This document shows, in pieces, positions 1 to 11,922 of a stretch of DNA of 32,668 bases. Within the stretch, counting starts at the first letter, position 1; each line of letters opens with the position of its first letter. This DNA comes from Octopus sinensis. Lineage: Eukaryota. The position numbers and the translations under genes were made by a program. Below the pieces are notes generated by a model that was given only the letters and a program-made list of their open reading frames with translations, did no database searches and was not told the DNA's origin. The stretch is from positions 1 through 32,668 of the forward strand of contig NW_021832691.1 in the NCBI RefSeq assembly GCF_006345805.1, read 5' to 3'.

Positions 1-31
<31 letters not shown>

Positions 32-146
32 TATGTACATATATATTATATACATTTATATACATGTACGTATCTATGTGTATATATATGTATATAATGC
101 ACATATATATGTGTATACACACACACACACACACCCATAATATCTA

Positions 147-185
<39 letters not shown>

Positions 186-696
186 TATTAGGGAGAGTTC
201 ATGAAAAAAACAAAAGACGAAGACAGTGGTGTATAAAACAAACAATGTATTAGTATATCTATATATATATATATATATATATATACCCGAACATTCATGG
301 TTTTAAACATGCTGGCTAAAAAGAAGTAAACAACTGAAAAAAACATGTTTACCGCAACCACTTAATACATGCGTAGATATACATACATATATACTAACAA
401 CACACACACACACACAACACACACACACATATATATGCCGTTATACATCGTCCCACATTCTTACACGGACACACAAAAACACATAGGTATTCCGAGATAC
501 AAAACACACACATACACACACACCACTTCATTAATACAATGACACAATCATGTTTAAACCTGTTTATTCACGTGACTCTGCTCGCGCATGAGCGTCAATA
601 CGTTCCTGTTTCAATGTCTTATTAATATACACCGTGTTTTAGTTTATCTTGTCTAAAGAATTTTCTATGCATGGCTTTCTTTCCTTCTCTCTTCCC

Positions 697-716
697 ATCT
701 ATCTATCCATCCATCC

Positions 717-800
<84 letters not shown>

Positions 801-888
801 ATCTATCTCTGTGTGTGTGTGTGTGTGTCTGTCTTCTGTCTGTCTATCTTTCTATCTATCTATCTATCAATCAATCTATCTATCTATT
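697..888. repeat. (CTAT)n tetranucleotide microsatellite
   Basis: Seen directly. Confidence 0.97.
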
Positions 889-995
889 TTATTAATGTCT
901 TCGTTCTTCGTCACTCGAACAATATATGTATACGTATGTTATATATATAATATATAATATATATATATATATAATATATATAATATATATATATA

Positions 996-1048
<53 letters not shown>

Positions 1049-1446
1049 TAATATATATATACATATATATGCATATACAATGCAAACATGTATATGCCTA
1101 TATATTATATATATATATATTTATATAGATATATATATACATGCCCATACTATATACACACACATATATACATAGACATACTGCACTTGATGTATTGTCA
1201 TTATTCTTTCACCCTTTACGACAACCCTAATTTCTCACAATTCTTAAAATGTCTTTTCCCTCTCTTTCTCCATCGATTCATCACTCCCCTGCTTTTTTTT
1301 TCTCTCTATCTTTTTCTCTTTTTCCTACCACCGCACTGTCACGATAACCGTCATGATATCTTTTTTATTTTACTAATATTTTTCTTTTATATTTTTCTCT
1401 CCTCTTCCTCGCCACCCAATTCTCCGTCATCCAGCCGGAAACTCAC

Positions 1447-1492
1447 TGCAAAGAAGCCATGTTGTTAATCTGTCTTTTGTCATCGCCGCCAT
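1447..1492 (-). CDS. Candidate first coding exon of an unidentified neighbouring gene (MAAMTKDRLTTWLLC...)
   Basis: On the minus strand AAAATGGCGGCGATG gives a strong initiation context, which is also a YY1-type CCGCCATTTT motif. Fifteen codons + 1 nt follow, then a consensus donor GCA|gtgagt at 1446-1441, in a locally CpG-richer patch. No homology recognised. Confidence 0.35.
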
Positions 1493-1926
1493 TTTGCTAC
1501 GAGAATACGGACTCTTTGACTACGTCGAGTAATTCCTCCAGTATTCCCTGCGTGATTTTGGAACGGTATATCGTTTTTCGGATTTTTAATTAACACGGCA
1601 TCACAACTGCAGGTCTTAGACGAAAGCTGTGAGCTACAACGAAAGAAGTTTTCCAACAGGAATTTGTACAAAAAGCCAATTTAAAAATAAGGGAAAACAA
1701 AAATAAACACAGAGAGAGAAAAAAAAAAGCCAAAAAACAAAAAGCCCAGAAAAAGGAAATTAGAGGAAAAACGCCCAGCGAATGAAAAAAATCTGGGGGT
1801 TATAAAATTACAATAAATAAATAAATAAGTAAATAAAACTAAAAAAAGGAAAAAATACGATAATTAATTCAGTGTTGCCTTTGAGTTTTTCTACTCAGTT
1901 ATTTTGGTATGTTATTCATGTTTTTG

Positions 1927-1928
<2 letters not shown>

Positions 1929-2002
<74 letters not shown>

Positions 2003-2064
2003 TTTTATTATTATTATTATTATTGTTATTATTATTATTACTATTATTATTAGCAGCAGAAGTT

Positions 2065-2103
<39 letters not shown>

Positions 2104-2130
2104 ATAGTAGTATTGGTGGTAGTAGTAGTA
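1929..2130. repeat. (ATT)n grading into (AGT)n
   Basis: Seen directly. Confidence 0.97.
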
Positions 2131-2236
2131 TCGCCTGTTTTATCAATGCTGAGGCTTGTAAGTATTACTTCTAAGAAATCATTATGCTCCCTGTTTTCAG
2201 GTTTATGTATATATGTAGTATGTGTGGTTCGCGCGC

Positions 2237-2288
<52 letters not shown>

Positions 2289-2496
2289 CATATATAAGGT
2301 CTATATGAATATCTCCACGAGCTCTTCTAATGTTAAATTTGTTGCTCCACAGTTCACCTTTGGGTCATAAATCCTACCTGTTCTTCTTCAAGGGTATCTG
2401 TTGCCTTCCTCTTCAGTCTGTTTAACAGTACTTTACAATACTTTACTGGGGTAGATAATTAGGCTGATTCTTCTATAATTCTGGCACATATATATA

Positions 2497-3207
2497 TATA
2501 AAATAATATGTTACAATTACTCAATAGTCAAGATAAAACTCTGAATTTCAGATGCCAAAGTGGAAATCCACAACACCATCTCTTCGGTTATCTGGCCATC
2601 TGAAAAAACGCTATGAAAAAATACCGTTATATAAAGGGAAATTACTGTGTTATAATTCTGCTACTTATATAAAATAAGATTAAAATTTCATAGTAAACAC
2701 GTAAACATGGTAGTCATACGCTCACATGTGCGCTCGCGGTCTCACGTGCGTACTTATACGTCACTATGAAAACGTACACATCTTCACTCGCATTTTTCGC
2801 CAAATTATAGCGCATATATATACAAACTCATACCACCACATGGCGTACCGTAAAAGTTCATACATACGTCTATATACGCACAAGTACAAGAAAAACCATG
2901 GTTAAAAGTAACAGAAAAAAACATAAGGAAGTATACAAAGCATATAAACCACGTTCATATACGGACATGCCCTTATGCACTCATACACACACACGCCCAT
3001 ATATGTACATACCCGCACATGTTTATATACGCATACACACACACGCATATACAAAAAAGGAATATACATATGCCCCCCCCCCCAATTTTAACAATTTCCA
3101 ACATAAATTGAAAGCGTATATAAACATGTGTTGTGGATTTCCACTTCGGCATCTGAAACTCAGAGTTTTATCTTGACTATTGAGTAATTGTAACATATTA
3201 TTTTATA
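2497..3207. repeat. 80-bp inverted repeat (2497-2576 / 3128-3207), 78/80 identical, 551-nt spacer
   Basis: Direct reverse-complement alignment shows differences only at 3147 and 3159. Confidence 0.95.
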
Positions 3208-3273
3208 GATAAATTTCCTCTATTTACATAATATTGAGGTCTCTTTATTTCTTTTGTTATCTTACCGTTTTTA

Positions 3274-3309
<36 letters not shown>

Positions 3310-3698
3310 TAAATGAAATAAAACATATGCATATATATAAACATATATGTACGTACCTACCTCTACATGTACATATACACGCATATATGAGTACAGGACA
3401 CCAAAGGGACGTCGAACACAAAGAGAAACGAAAACATAGATACAAACCAAAGGAACTGGACAATTTTTTAAAAACAACAAAAAATGGAGTACAGGACAAT
3501 TAACACAACGAAAAAACCCTTCTTCAGTCGCTAAGGTTTCATCTACTCTACGTTTCGAAGGATAAAAGCGAGACGTATCTTCGACAAGAAACTTTCCTTC
3601 CTGCGAAAAGCAAATCAATTAAAATTCTGACATCTTTTCGCAGAGGGGTAAAAAATGGTAAAAAAATGGTAAAAAAACAGGACAGTAACGACAGTACA

Positions 3699-3731
<33 letters not shown>

Positions 3732-3735
<4 letters not shown>

Positions 3736-3868
3736 GACGGGCTTGTTTCAAATATCCGTCTACAAAATCCACTCAGAAGACAGTTGCCCAAGCTGCCATG
3801 CAGTGGGACTGAACCCAGAATCATGTGGTTGGAAAACAAGCTTCTTACAGCACAACCACTCCTGCGCG
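3732..3868 (-). mobile_element. SINE 5' (tRNA-like) head fragment
   Basis: The minus strand reads GCGCAGGAGTGGTTGTG..GTAAG...GGGTTCAGTCCCACTGCATGGCA and runs into (TA)n. A related degenerate head lies at about 23310-23390. Confidence 0.7.
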
Positions 3869-3933
3869 TGTGAAGAAAACACGTACACACATGCATATAG
3901 AAACGCACACACACATACATCATACATGACATA

Positions 3934-4325
<392 letters not shown>

Positions 4326-4360
4326 CGGATCAACGAGATTCCCACTGTCCCTATCTACTG

Positions 4361-4395
<35 letters not shown>

Positions 4396-4485
4396 CGGAT
4401 CGGCAGGAAAGAAGACATATGTATATATATATACATATATATATATATATTATATATAATATATATATATATATATATAATATAT

Positions 4486-4559
<74 letters not shown>

Positions 4560-4846
4560 TAAAGCAGTCGTAAATTAGAATAGAACTCGTCGGTTGTTTG
4601 GAAACGTTTAAAATACATCTTGGGCAAAATTCCTTCAGTTTGATATTTAAATTCCAGTCCATCGACATTTAAATCTCTTCCGGAAGAAACTGCAGAATTC
4701 GTCAGGCGATATATTATTGTATAGGTAAATGGTTTGGAAATAATCTTCTACGTATATAAATCTTTAATCTTTGGCAAAGAATGAACATCGATAAAAACAA
4801 AATCAGAGTATACAGACCTATTTGATATTAGTATAGGTTGCGTGAA

Positions 4847-5176
4847 GAAGATACGTGGCTCAGTGGTTAGTGTATTCGGTTCGGGATCGGGAGGCCGTGA
4901 GTTTGATTCCCGGCTGCGTGTTGTGTCCCTTGAGCAGGTCACTTTATTTCACGTTGCTTCAGTCTACTCAGCTGGCATAAATGAGTTGTGCTTGTAATAC
5001 GAAAGGGGCCAGCATTTTTTTTTACATTCTGTATTACGCTGAATCTGACTGAGAACTTACGTTATGGCCACGCGTGTCTACGGAGCGCTCAGCCACTTTC
5101 ACGTTAATTTCACGAGCAGGCTGTTCCGTTGGCCGGATCAACTCGAACCCCCGTCGTCGTGATCGACTGTCTGCCA
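4847..5176 (+). mobile_element. tRNA-derived SINE (older copy)
   Basis: Has a tRNA-like head (GTGGCTCAGTGGTTAG...GAGTTTGATTCCCGG) and the same 3' core (GCTCAGCCACTT..ACGTTAATTTCACGAGCAGGCTGTTCCGTT) as 7783-8167. Confidence 0.85.
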
Positions 5177-5494
5177 GTTTGTAGTCTGATATGATAAGGC
5201 GAAGAGATGCAGTCTGGCCGTCCTAAAGATACTGGACCTGTTAACCTTTTGCTTCTGCTGTGTATCCCATGTGATACGCAGAACATATTTCCTTGGTGCC
5301 CATGCATCAAATGCGATACACATTTCCAATCATTTTCACAGGGCCAGCAGGTTTGGGGGAGGGGCAAAGTCGATTAAATCGACCCAAGTGTTCAACTGGT
5401 ACTTTTTTCATCGACCTCAAAAGGATGAAAGCAATGTATATATGTGTGTGTGTATGTGTGTGTGTGCGTGTGTGTGTATGTTTATGTTTATGTG

Positions 5495-5692
5495 TTTGTC
5501 CCCACCCCCAACATCGCTTGACAACCGATGCTGGTGTGTTTACGTCCTCGTAACTTAGCGGTTCGGCAAAAGAGACCGATAGAATAATTACTAGGTTTAC
5601 ATAGAATATGTGCTGGGGTCGATTTGCTCGACTAAAGGCGGTGCTCCAGTATGGCCACAGTCAAATGACTGAAACACGTAAAAGAGTAAAAG
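5495..5692 (+). mobile_element. SINE 3' half following a (GT)n tract
   Basis: Colinear with 30868-31074 (CGCTTGACAACCG.TGCTGGTGTGTTT...GGCGGTGCTCCAG.ATGGCC). Confidence 0.8.
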
Positions 5693-6176
5693 ACAGAGAG
5701 TAAAGCACTCTAGCAGAAATTGATCGCTCGAACCACAGGTTCGATAGCAAGGTCCTTAACCACTCAGCCACACAAACACACCCACGCCGGATAAATATAA
5801 AAAGAAATATTGTACAAAACAAGACTATATTGTCTGAGTAATATATGAATACAGTAAGAATGAATGCATTATCCTTCGAGTGTGATAAGAATTTAATAAT
5901 ATAATAAGTCGCAAAGAATTGTCGAAGTGTATACTAAAAATTATTAATAAACACAAACAACGAATTAGGCGAAATTGTATTTGATTATTTTACGCCATTG
6001 TTTATTTTTATACACGTAATTTTGTGTTGTCTTCTAAATTCTTTATTTGCTGTCTTATTTTTGTTTTTTTTCTAATGTTTTTTTTCATTAAAAAAATCTC
6101 TTTCGACTTTTGTGTTGCTAATAAGGTAAAAAAAAGAATATCTATGTATGTATGTGTGTACGTATGTATATATATG

Positions 6177-6254
<78 letters not shown>

Positions 6255-6474
6255 GTATATGTACATATATATGTACATATATGTATTATATATTGTTATA
6301 TATATATTTATACATATATTTTGACATATAGGTATATATTGTTATATATGTATAAATATATATTATGGCTTATAATATATATATATATATATATATATCT
6401 ATAGTGTGTGTGTGTGTACATATACACACATCTACACGGAGACAGAAAAGTGGCAAAACATAACATGCTATCAC

Positions 6475-6534
<60 letters not shown>

Positions 6535-6691
6535 TATTACTATTATGCTATTGCTATTAAAACCAGTTTTTATTAAAACCAGAAAATATTTTCTTGCTTT
6601 AATCGTTTCTTTTATTCTGGTGTTGTTTTTCGGTTGGAGTTTGTTTTATCTCAACAAAATTATAGTAATGACAGTAATAATAATAATAATA

Positions 6692-6731
<40 letters not shown>

Positions 6732-6733
<2 letters not shown>

Positions 6734-6811
6734 TAGTGGCATTAACAATAGTAATGATGATAATAATAATGATAATTGTAATAATAAAACAGTAAGATAA
6801 GAAGAAAGTGG

Positions 6812-6854
<43 letters not shown>

Positions 6855-6932
6855 TTGTGGCATTAACAAAAGTAATGATGATAATAATAATGATAATTGT
6901 AATAATAAAACAGTAAGATAAGAAGAAAGTGG

Positions 6933-6978
<46 letters not shown>

Positions 6979-7057
6979 TTGTGGCATTAACAAAAGTAAT
7001 GATGATAATAATAATGATAATTGTAATAATAAAACAGTAAGATAAAGAAGAAAGTGG

Positions 7058-7059
<2 letters not shown>
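6732..7059. repeat. Three-copy minisatellite: about 82-bp core separated by (AAT)n
   Basis: The core GATTGTGGCATTAAC...GTAAGATAAGAAGAAAGTGGAT occurs at 6732, 6853 and 6977. Confidence 0.92.
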
Positions 7060-7152
<93 letters not shown>

Positions 7153-7560
7153 AAGAAGAAGAAGAAGAAGGAGAAGTTGGAGAAGAACAAGAACAAGAAC
7201 AATAACAACATCAACAACAACAACAAAGACAACAACAGATGTTTGACAATATCAATTAATGGGTAAACAAGGCAGGTTGGAAGGAGGCGGGGAGGAGAAG
7301 CTGGAGGAGAGAAGATGGAGGAGCGGGGAAGAAGGAGGAGGAGAGGAGGAGAAGGAGGAGGGGAGGAGAAGGAAGAGAAAAAGGAAAAGGAGGAAGAGAA
7401 GAAGTGAGAGAAGGCGGTGGGAAAGATAAGGAAAAGAGGAACAGGAGAGGGAGGACGAGGAGAATGATAGATGTGAAGAAATCGGAAAGTAAAGAGAGAG
7501 ACGTGTAAAGAGAGAGAGAGAGAATGAGAGAATGAAGAAGGTGCAATGTTACAGAAAAAC
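7060..7560. repeat. Compound tract: (AAT)n, then (AAG)n, then (AAC)n, then GGA/GA purine-rich
   Basis: Seen directly. Confidence 0.95.
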
Positions 7561-7782
7561 AATAAACAAATAAAAGATAGAAAAACAACCAAAAATTATC
7601 CAAATATTAAAATAGAATTCTCCGCGAATTAACAAAGATGTCATTGATTCCTTCCTCTTCGTCGTCCTCCTCATTTTTCTTCCTCCTCCTCCTCCTCCTC
7701 CTCCTCCTCCTCATCATCATCATCATCACCCTGAGTGTTACCTAGACCAAAGTTTCTTAACGGGGGCCATATGGAGCCCGAG

Positions 7783-8167
7783 TGGAGGCGCAATGGCCCA
7801 GTGGTTAGGGCAGCGGACTCGCGGTCATAGGATCGCGGTTTCGATTCCCAGACCGGGCGTTGTGAGTGTTTATTGAGCGAAAACACCTAAAGCTCCACGA
7901 GGCTCTGGCAGGGGATGGTGGTGATCCCTGCTGTACTCTTTCACCACAACTTTCTCTCACTCTTACTTCCTCTTTCTGTTGTACCTGTATTTCAAGGGGC
8001 CGGCCTTGTCACTCTCTGTGTCACGCTGAATATCCCCGAGTACTACGTTAAGGGTACACGTGTCTGTGGAGTGCTCAGCCACTTACACGTTAATTTCACG
8101 AGCAGGCTGTTCCGTTGATTCGGATCAACCGGAACCCTCGTCGTCGTAACCGACGGAGTGCTTCCAA
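7783..8167 (+). mobile_element. Full-length tRNA-derived SINE with 12-bp TSD
   Basis: Has an A box (TGGCCCAGTGG), a B box (GGTTTCGATTCCC) and a 3' core shared with the copies at 4847 and 26870. It is flanked by ATGGAGCCCGAG at 7771-7782 and 8168-8179. Confidence 0.9.
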
Positions 8168-8288
8168 ATGGAGCCCGAGGAGGTGTTTTGGAGCAAAGGG
8201 GCGCTAAGAGGGCGTTAAGAGACTTGGAGGAGTGCGATAGGGGCGGACGCTGGAAGATATTCAACTTTGGTAAGTTTAATTTGAAATT

Positions 8289-8372
8289 TAGTAGCCATAG
8301 TAGCCAATAGTAGCCATAGTAGCCAATAGTAGCCATAGTAGCCAATAGTAGCCATAGTAGCCATAGTAGCCA
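8289..8372. repeat. Minisatellite TAGTAGCCA(A) x9 with 9/10-bp alternation
   Basis: Three 19-bp dimers (9+10) are followed by three 9-mers. Confidence 0.95.
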
Positions 8373-8517
8373 TCTCTGCGACAGTCAGCTTAAAAAAAAA
8401 CCATGCCTTTATGCCTTTTGGTTTCAAATCTTCAAAAAATTAAAAAGACACTTTTTCCACTTTGACGATACCAAGCAAATTCCTGGTACCATGTGTAACT
8501 GGTGTCGCTAAAGTGAA

Positions 8518-8748
8518 GGCGGCGAGCTGGCAGAAACGTTAGCACGCCGGGCAAAATGCGTGGCCGTATTTCGTCTGCCGTTACGTTCTGAGTTCAAATT
8601 CCGCCGAGGTCGACTTTGCCTTTCATCCTTTCGAGGTCGATAAATTAAGTACCAGTTACGCACTGGGGTCGATGTAATCGACTTGATCCGTTTGTCTGTC
8701 CTTGTTTGTCCCCTCTGTGTGTAGCCCCTTGTGGGTAGTAAAGAAATA
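8518..8748 (+). mobile_element. Full-length SINE (GGCGGCGAGCTGGCAG family) with 9-bp TSD
   Basis: Has the B-box-like GAGTTCAAATTCC and is highly similar to 9971-10201 in the opposite orientation. TAAAGTGAA flanks it at 8509-8517 and 8749-8757. Confidence 0.9.
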
Positions 8749-8943
8749 TAAAGTGAAACCCTCAAAACTGAAACTAAAACCATGAATAATGATAGACGAC
8801 TAAAAGAAGAAAAAGCAATGAACAAAAGCGAAAAGCTGAATCTGTTTGGTGGCCAGAATTTTGGATGAAACTGGCTTTTGGAAGTGGCTGACAGGTATGT
8901 GCTTGTGTATGTGTGTTGCCGTTTTGAATTCCTTTCTCCGATT

Positions 8944-9107
8944 GAACTTAAATCGACCCCTGGTTATTAAAGGCCAAACCACGCACAGATTTGTTTTGCT
9001 GAGCGGACTGAAGGAACAATGTGGAACTTAAATTGACCCCTGGTTATTAAAGGCCAAACCACGCATAGATTTGTTTTGCTGAGCGGACTGAAGAAACAAT
9101 GTGGAAC
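8944..9107. repeat. Tandem duplication of an 80-bp unit (2 copies)
   Basis: GAACTTAAAT(C/T)GACCCCTGG... starts at 8944 and 9024, and the copies differ by 3 substitutions. Confidence 0.95.
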
Positions 9108-9493
9108 AAGCGTTTTGTTCGATAACAAAGCACTCCACCCGGTCCGGGTATCGAAACTACAATCTTACGATCATGAGTGCCACACCGTAACCACTAGACC
9201 ACATACTACCACTTGACAAGGAATTGGTGTATATCTAATGTAATCTTTATGACCGTTAGCTTGTAGCGCATTGTTTCTTCATTAATTGGTAGATCGCAGA
9301 TTCACTTTTCGATATTTCAAACTAGTTGGTTGAAGTTAACTGAAGTTGGGTGGGCGGTTAGAACTTCGTAAACAAATATGTAACGTTTTCTTCCCGTTTA
9401 TTTCGTGGTTTGTGCCTGTTTGTGGTTGCGTTGATTGTGATTATTAAGGAATTAATTGCTCAAAGTAGTGGGTAATACGTAATCGATAAATAG

Positions 9494-9695
9494 TTGGCAG
9501 AAACGTTAGCACACCGGGCGAAATGCTTAGCGGCATTGCGTCTGTCGTTGCGTTCTGAGTTCAAATTCTGCCGAGGTCGACTTTGCCTTTCATCCTTTCG
9601 GGGTCGATAAATTAAGTACCAGTTACGCACTGGGATCGATGTAATCGACTTAATCCGTTTGTCTGTCCCTGTTTCTCCCCTCTATGTTTAGCCCT
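9494..9695 (+). mobile_element. SINE copy (GGCGGCGAGCTGGCAG family), ends clipped
   Basis: Colinear with 8525-8730. Confidence 0.85.
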
Positions 9696-9880
9696 TCACA
9701 CCACTGATGTTATCCAAGGGAAAGGCAAAGGGGCAGATACAGCTTGGCACCAGTGATGTCGCAACTCATTTCTACAGCTGAGGTGACTGGAGCAATGTGA
9801 AATAAAGTGTCTTGCTCAAGAACACAACACGCAGCCCGGTCCGGGAATCGAACGCATTAATCACTGAACCGTGCGCCTTC
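9696..9880 (-). mobile_element. tRNA-derived SINE fragment (head shared with the 4847/13906/26870 copies)
   Basis: Its reverse complement matches the head motif GTGTTCTTGAGCAAGACACTTTATTTCACATTGCTCCAG. Confidence 0.75.
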
Positions 9881-9970
9881 TTTTAAATACTGACAGAATT
9901 TTGTCGAAAAAGCAGTGGTTTTCTAGCATGCATGGTGATTCCAATATCAATATCATTTACAGCGTTATCT

Positions 9971-10201
9971 ATTTCTTTATTACCCACAAGGAGCTAAACA
10001 CAGAGGGGACAAACAAGGACAGACATAGGTATTAAGTCGATTATATCGACCCCAGTGCGTAACTGGTACTTAATTTATCGACCCCGAAAGGATGAAAGGC
10101 AAAGTCGACCTCGGCGGAATTTGAATTCACAACGTAACGCAGACGAAATACCGCTAAGCATTTCGCTCGGAGTGCTAACGTTTCTGCCAGCTCGCCGCCT
10201 T
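9971..10201 (-). mobile_element. Full-length SINE (GGCGGCGAGCTGGCAG family) with 21-bp TSD
   Basis: It is an inverted copy of 8518-8748. ATATCATTTACAGCGTTATCT is duplicated at 9950-9970 and 10202-10222. Confidence 0.92.
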
Positions 10202-10399
10202 ATATCATTTACAGCGTTATCTGCCAAGTCAACCTTTAGAGATCTGGTGTCAAATTGTATCGAGATAAAAATAAACTCGACAATATCAAATAAAGCTTAT
10301 TTACATTCGCTTTTATTGCCGATGTTTTTAAACCAGCAAATAACAATGTTGGTTTTGTTCCATTGATAGCTATTAGTTGTTTTCCTAAAGCTATCATTA

Positions 10400-10750
10400 A
10401 TGTTATATCTTTACTGATTTCACTTTTATCAAGCTTAATTAATCTGTAATTAAGTTTAGAGGCGAATTTCTCTTTATGGTCTTGAAGAGAGATATATGCT
10501 TTGCGTTTAACTACTCGCTCTAATCTATTATTTAACTTGTGTTTGCGGGTTGTAACTTATGGCACGTTATTGTTTTCGCTGTGTATGTATTGTTACTGAT
10601 TTTACATTTATCAAGGCTAATAAATCTGTACTTAGGTTTACAGGCGAGATTCTCTTTATGGTCTTTAAGAGTAATATACGTTTCACATTTAACTACACAC
10701 TCTAATCTATTATTTAACTTAGATTTGTGGGCTACAATTTTTGTTATTGT
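10400..10750. repeat. Old diverged tandem duplication, about 180-bp period
   Basis: Shared anchors TTACTGATTT, TTTATCAAG, AATCTGTA, TTCTCTTTATGGTCTT and CTCTAATCTATTATTTAACTT each occur twice about 180 bp apart. Confidence 0.85.
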
Positions 10751-11891
10751 TAACGGCGAATGTGTTAAATTTGTTTAAAGTTCTGGGTAACATCACTTAA
10801 AATTTGATTATAGGTTTCCGTTTCTAGAACATAAACGTTCTTCATTTTATCTGAGAAAATAAATTTATTGTAATTCTTAGTATTATTCTTATCGGATTTC
10901 AGTTTGATTTGTATACTTACGAGATTTAATGCTACTGGTCTTATCTAAAAGATCAGATTAACAAGGTTCAAGGCCTTTAATCCAAGGTGAGTATTATGTT
11001 CTTTTTTTATACTACGTTTGCCGTGAAATAAGTTGGTAGGTCACTGATCTATTCATTGAAAAAAAAACAGCCCTTTTATCTGATCTGCTTGATGATGTCA
11101 ACATTATAGAAGGCAGTTGAAGGGTTTTAGATCGTAGATTCTGTAGGTTCAAGAGCTGCGACCTAAAAATTTGGAGGATGAGGTGACGCGTTTCTTAACA
11201 CATCGAAGACAGATTAAGTCTAGAATATTTAAAATGAAGTCTGCCGTTTGTGAGGGAAGAGGAAGTATGTGGAAAAGGTACCGAATAGATATTGGAATGA
11301 ATGCTTCGAATTTTCACTGGAAAAACTGTCTGTCACTTAGACATGCGCATAAAGAAATACACACACACAAATGCTTGTCAGAGAGGCACATCTAGAAAAT
11401 TCCATCAAAACCACAAAATGGATTTTTGGAAATTCGAGGATTAAAGATTCACTACTTATGAAACACTTAAACTCTACCGTTTACAACAGACAAACATCGC
11501 AAGGCGAAAGGCAAAGGCCGATACACACACAGCTAAAGCAATTAGCAAAAGCATGCTCCCTATACTAACAGTTCATACTCGCTTGTGAGTGACAGCTGAG
11601 CAATTATTTCGCAATTTGTAAAATCATTACCTAAGACAAACGTGAGACGTTTTGGCATAAACGTTTTGGCGCCGCTTATGGCGTCGCTGATTCAATGTTA
11701 ATTTATTTGACATCAGACGTTTTAATGTTTCTCTTGTAGTTTCTCTACCTCATCTCTATGTCTCCCATTCTCTCCCTCCATCTCTCCCCCCTCTCTCCAT
11801 TTATGTGTATGAGCATATTTCTGTTTATCTGTACGAGGAGAAGACAAGACTTTATGTCAATCGTGATCAATTAATAAATTGTAATGTCTTG

Positions 11892-11922
<31 letters not shown>

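Noticed and set aside
2497-3207. Link to molluscan inversion-derived antisense NOS pseudogenes
   Set aside because: The inverted segment shows no similarity to NOS coding sequence that I can detect, so that mechanism is unsupported here.
3500-3618. Exon-like segment EGKFLVEDTSRFYPSKRRVDETLATEEGFF after ttttcgcag|
   Set aside because: There is no recognisable domain and no convincing donor. It is probably part of an unclassified repeat.
7783-7860. tRNA genes at SINE heads (also 4847, 14100-14170, 26870, 5700-5775, 9120-9205)
   Set aside because: The A/B boxes run into repeat bodies with TSDs or are fragmentary, and I see no complete acceptor stem. They are SINE heads.
8944-9107. CRISPR-like array (also 6732-7059)
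   Set aside because: The context is eukaryotic, there are no unique spacers of uniform length, and there are no cas genes. These are tandem duplications.
11171-11568. Two overlapping moderate-complexity ORFs (74 and 65 aa)
   Set aside because: I recognise no motif. They could be a decayed transposon ORF, but I cannot support that.
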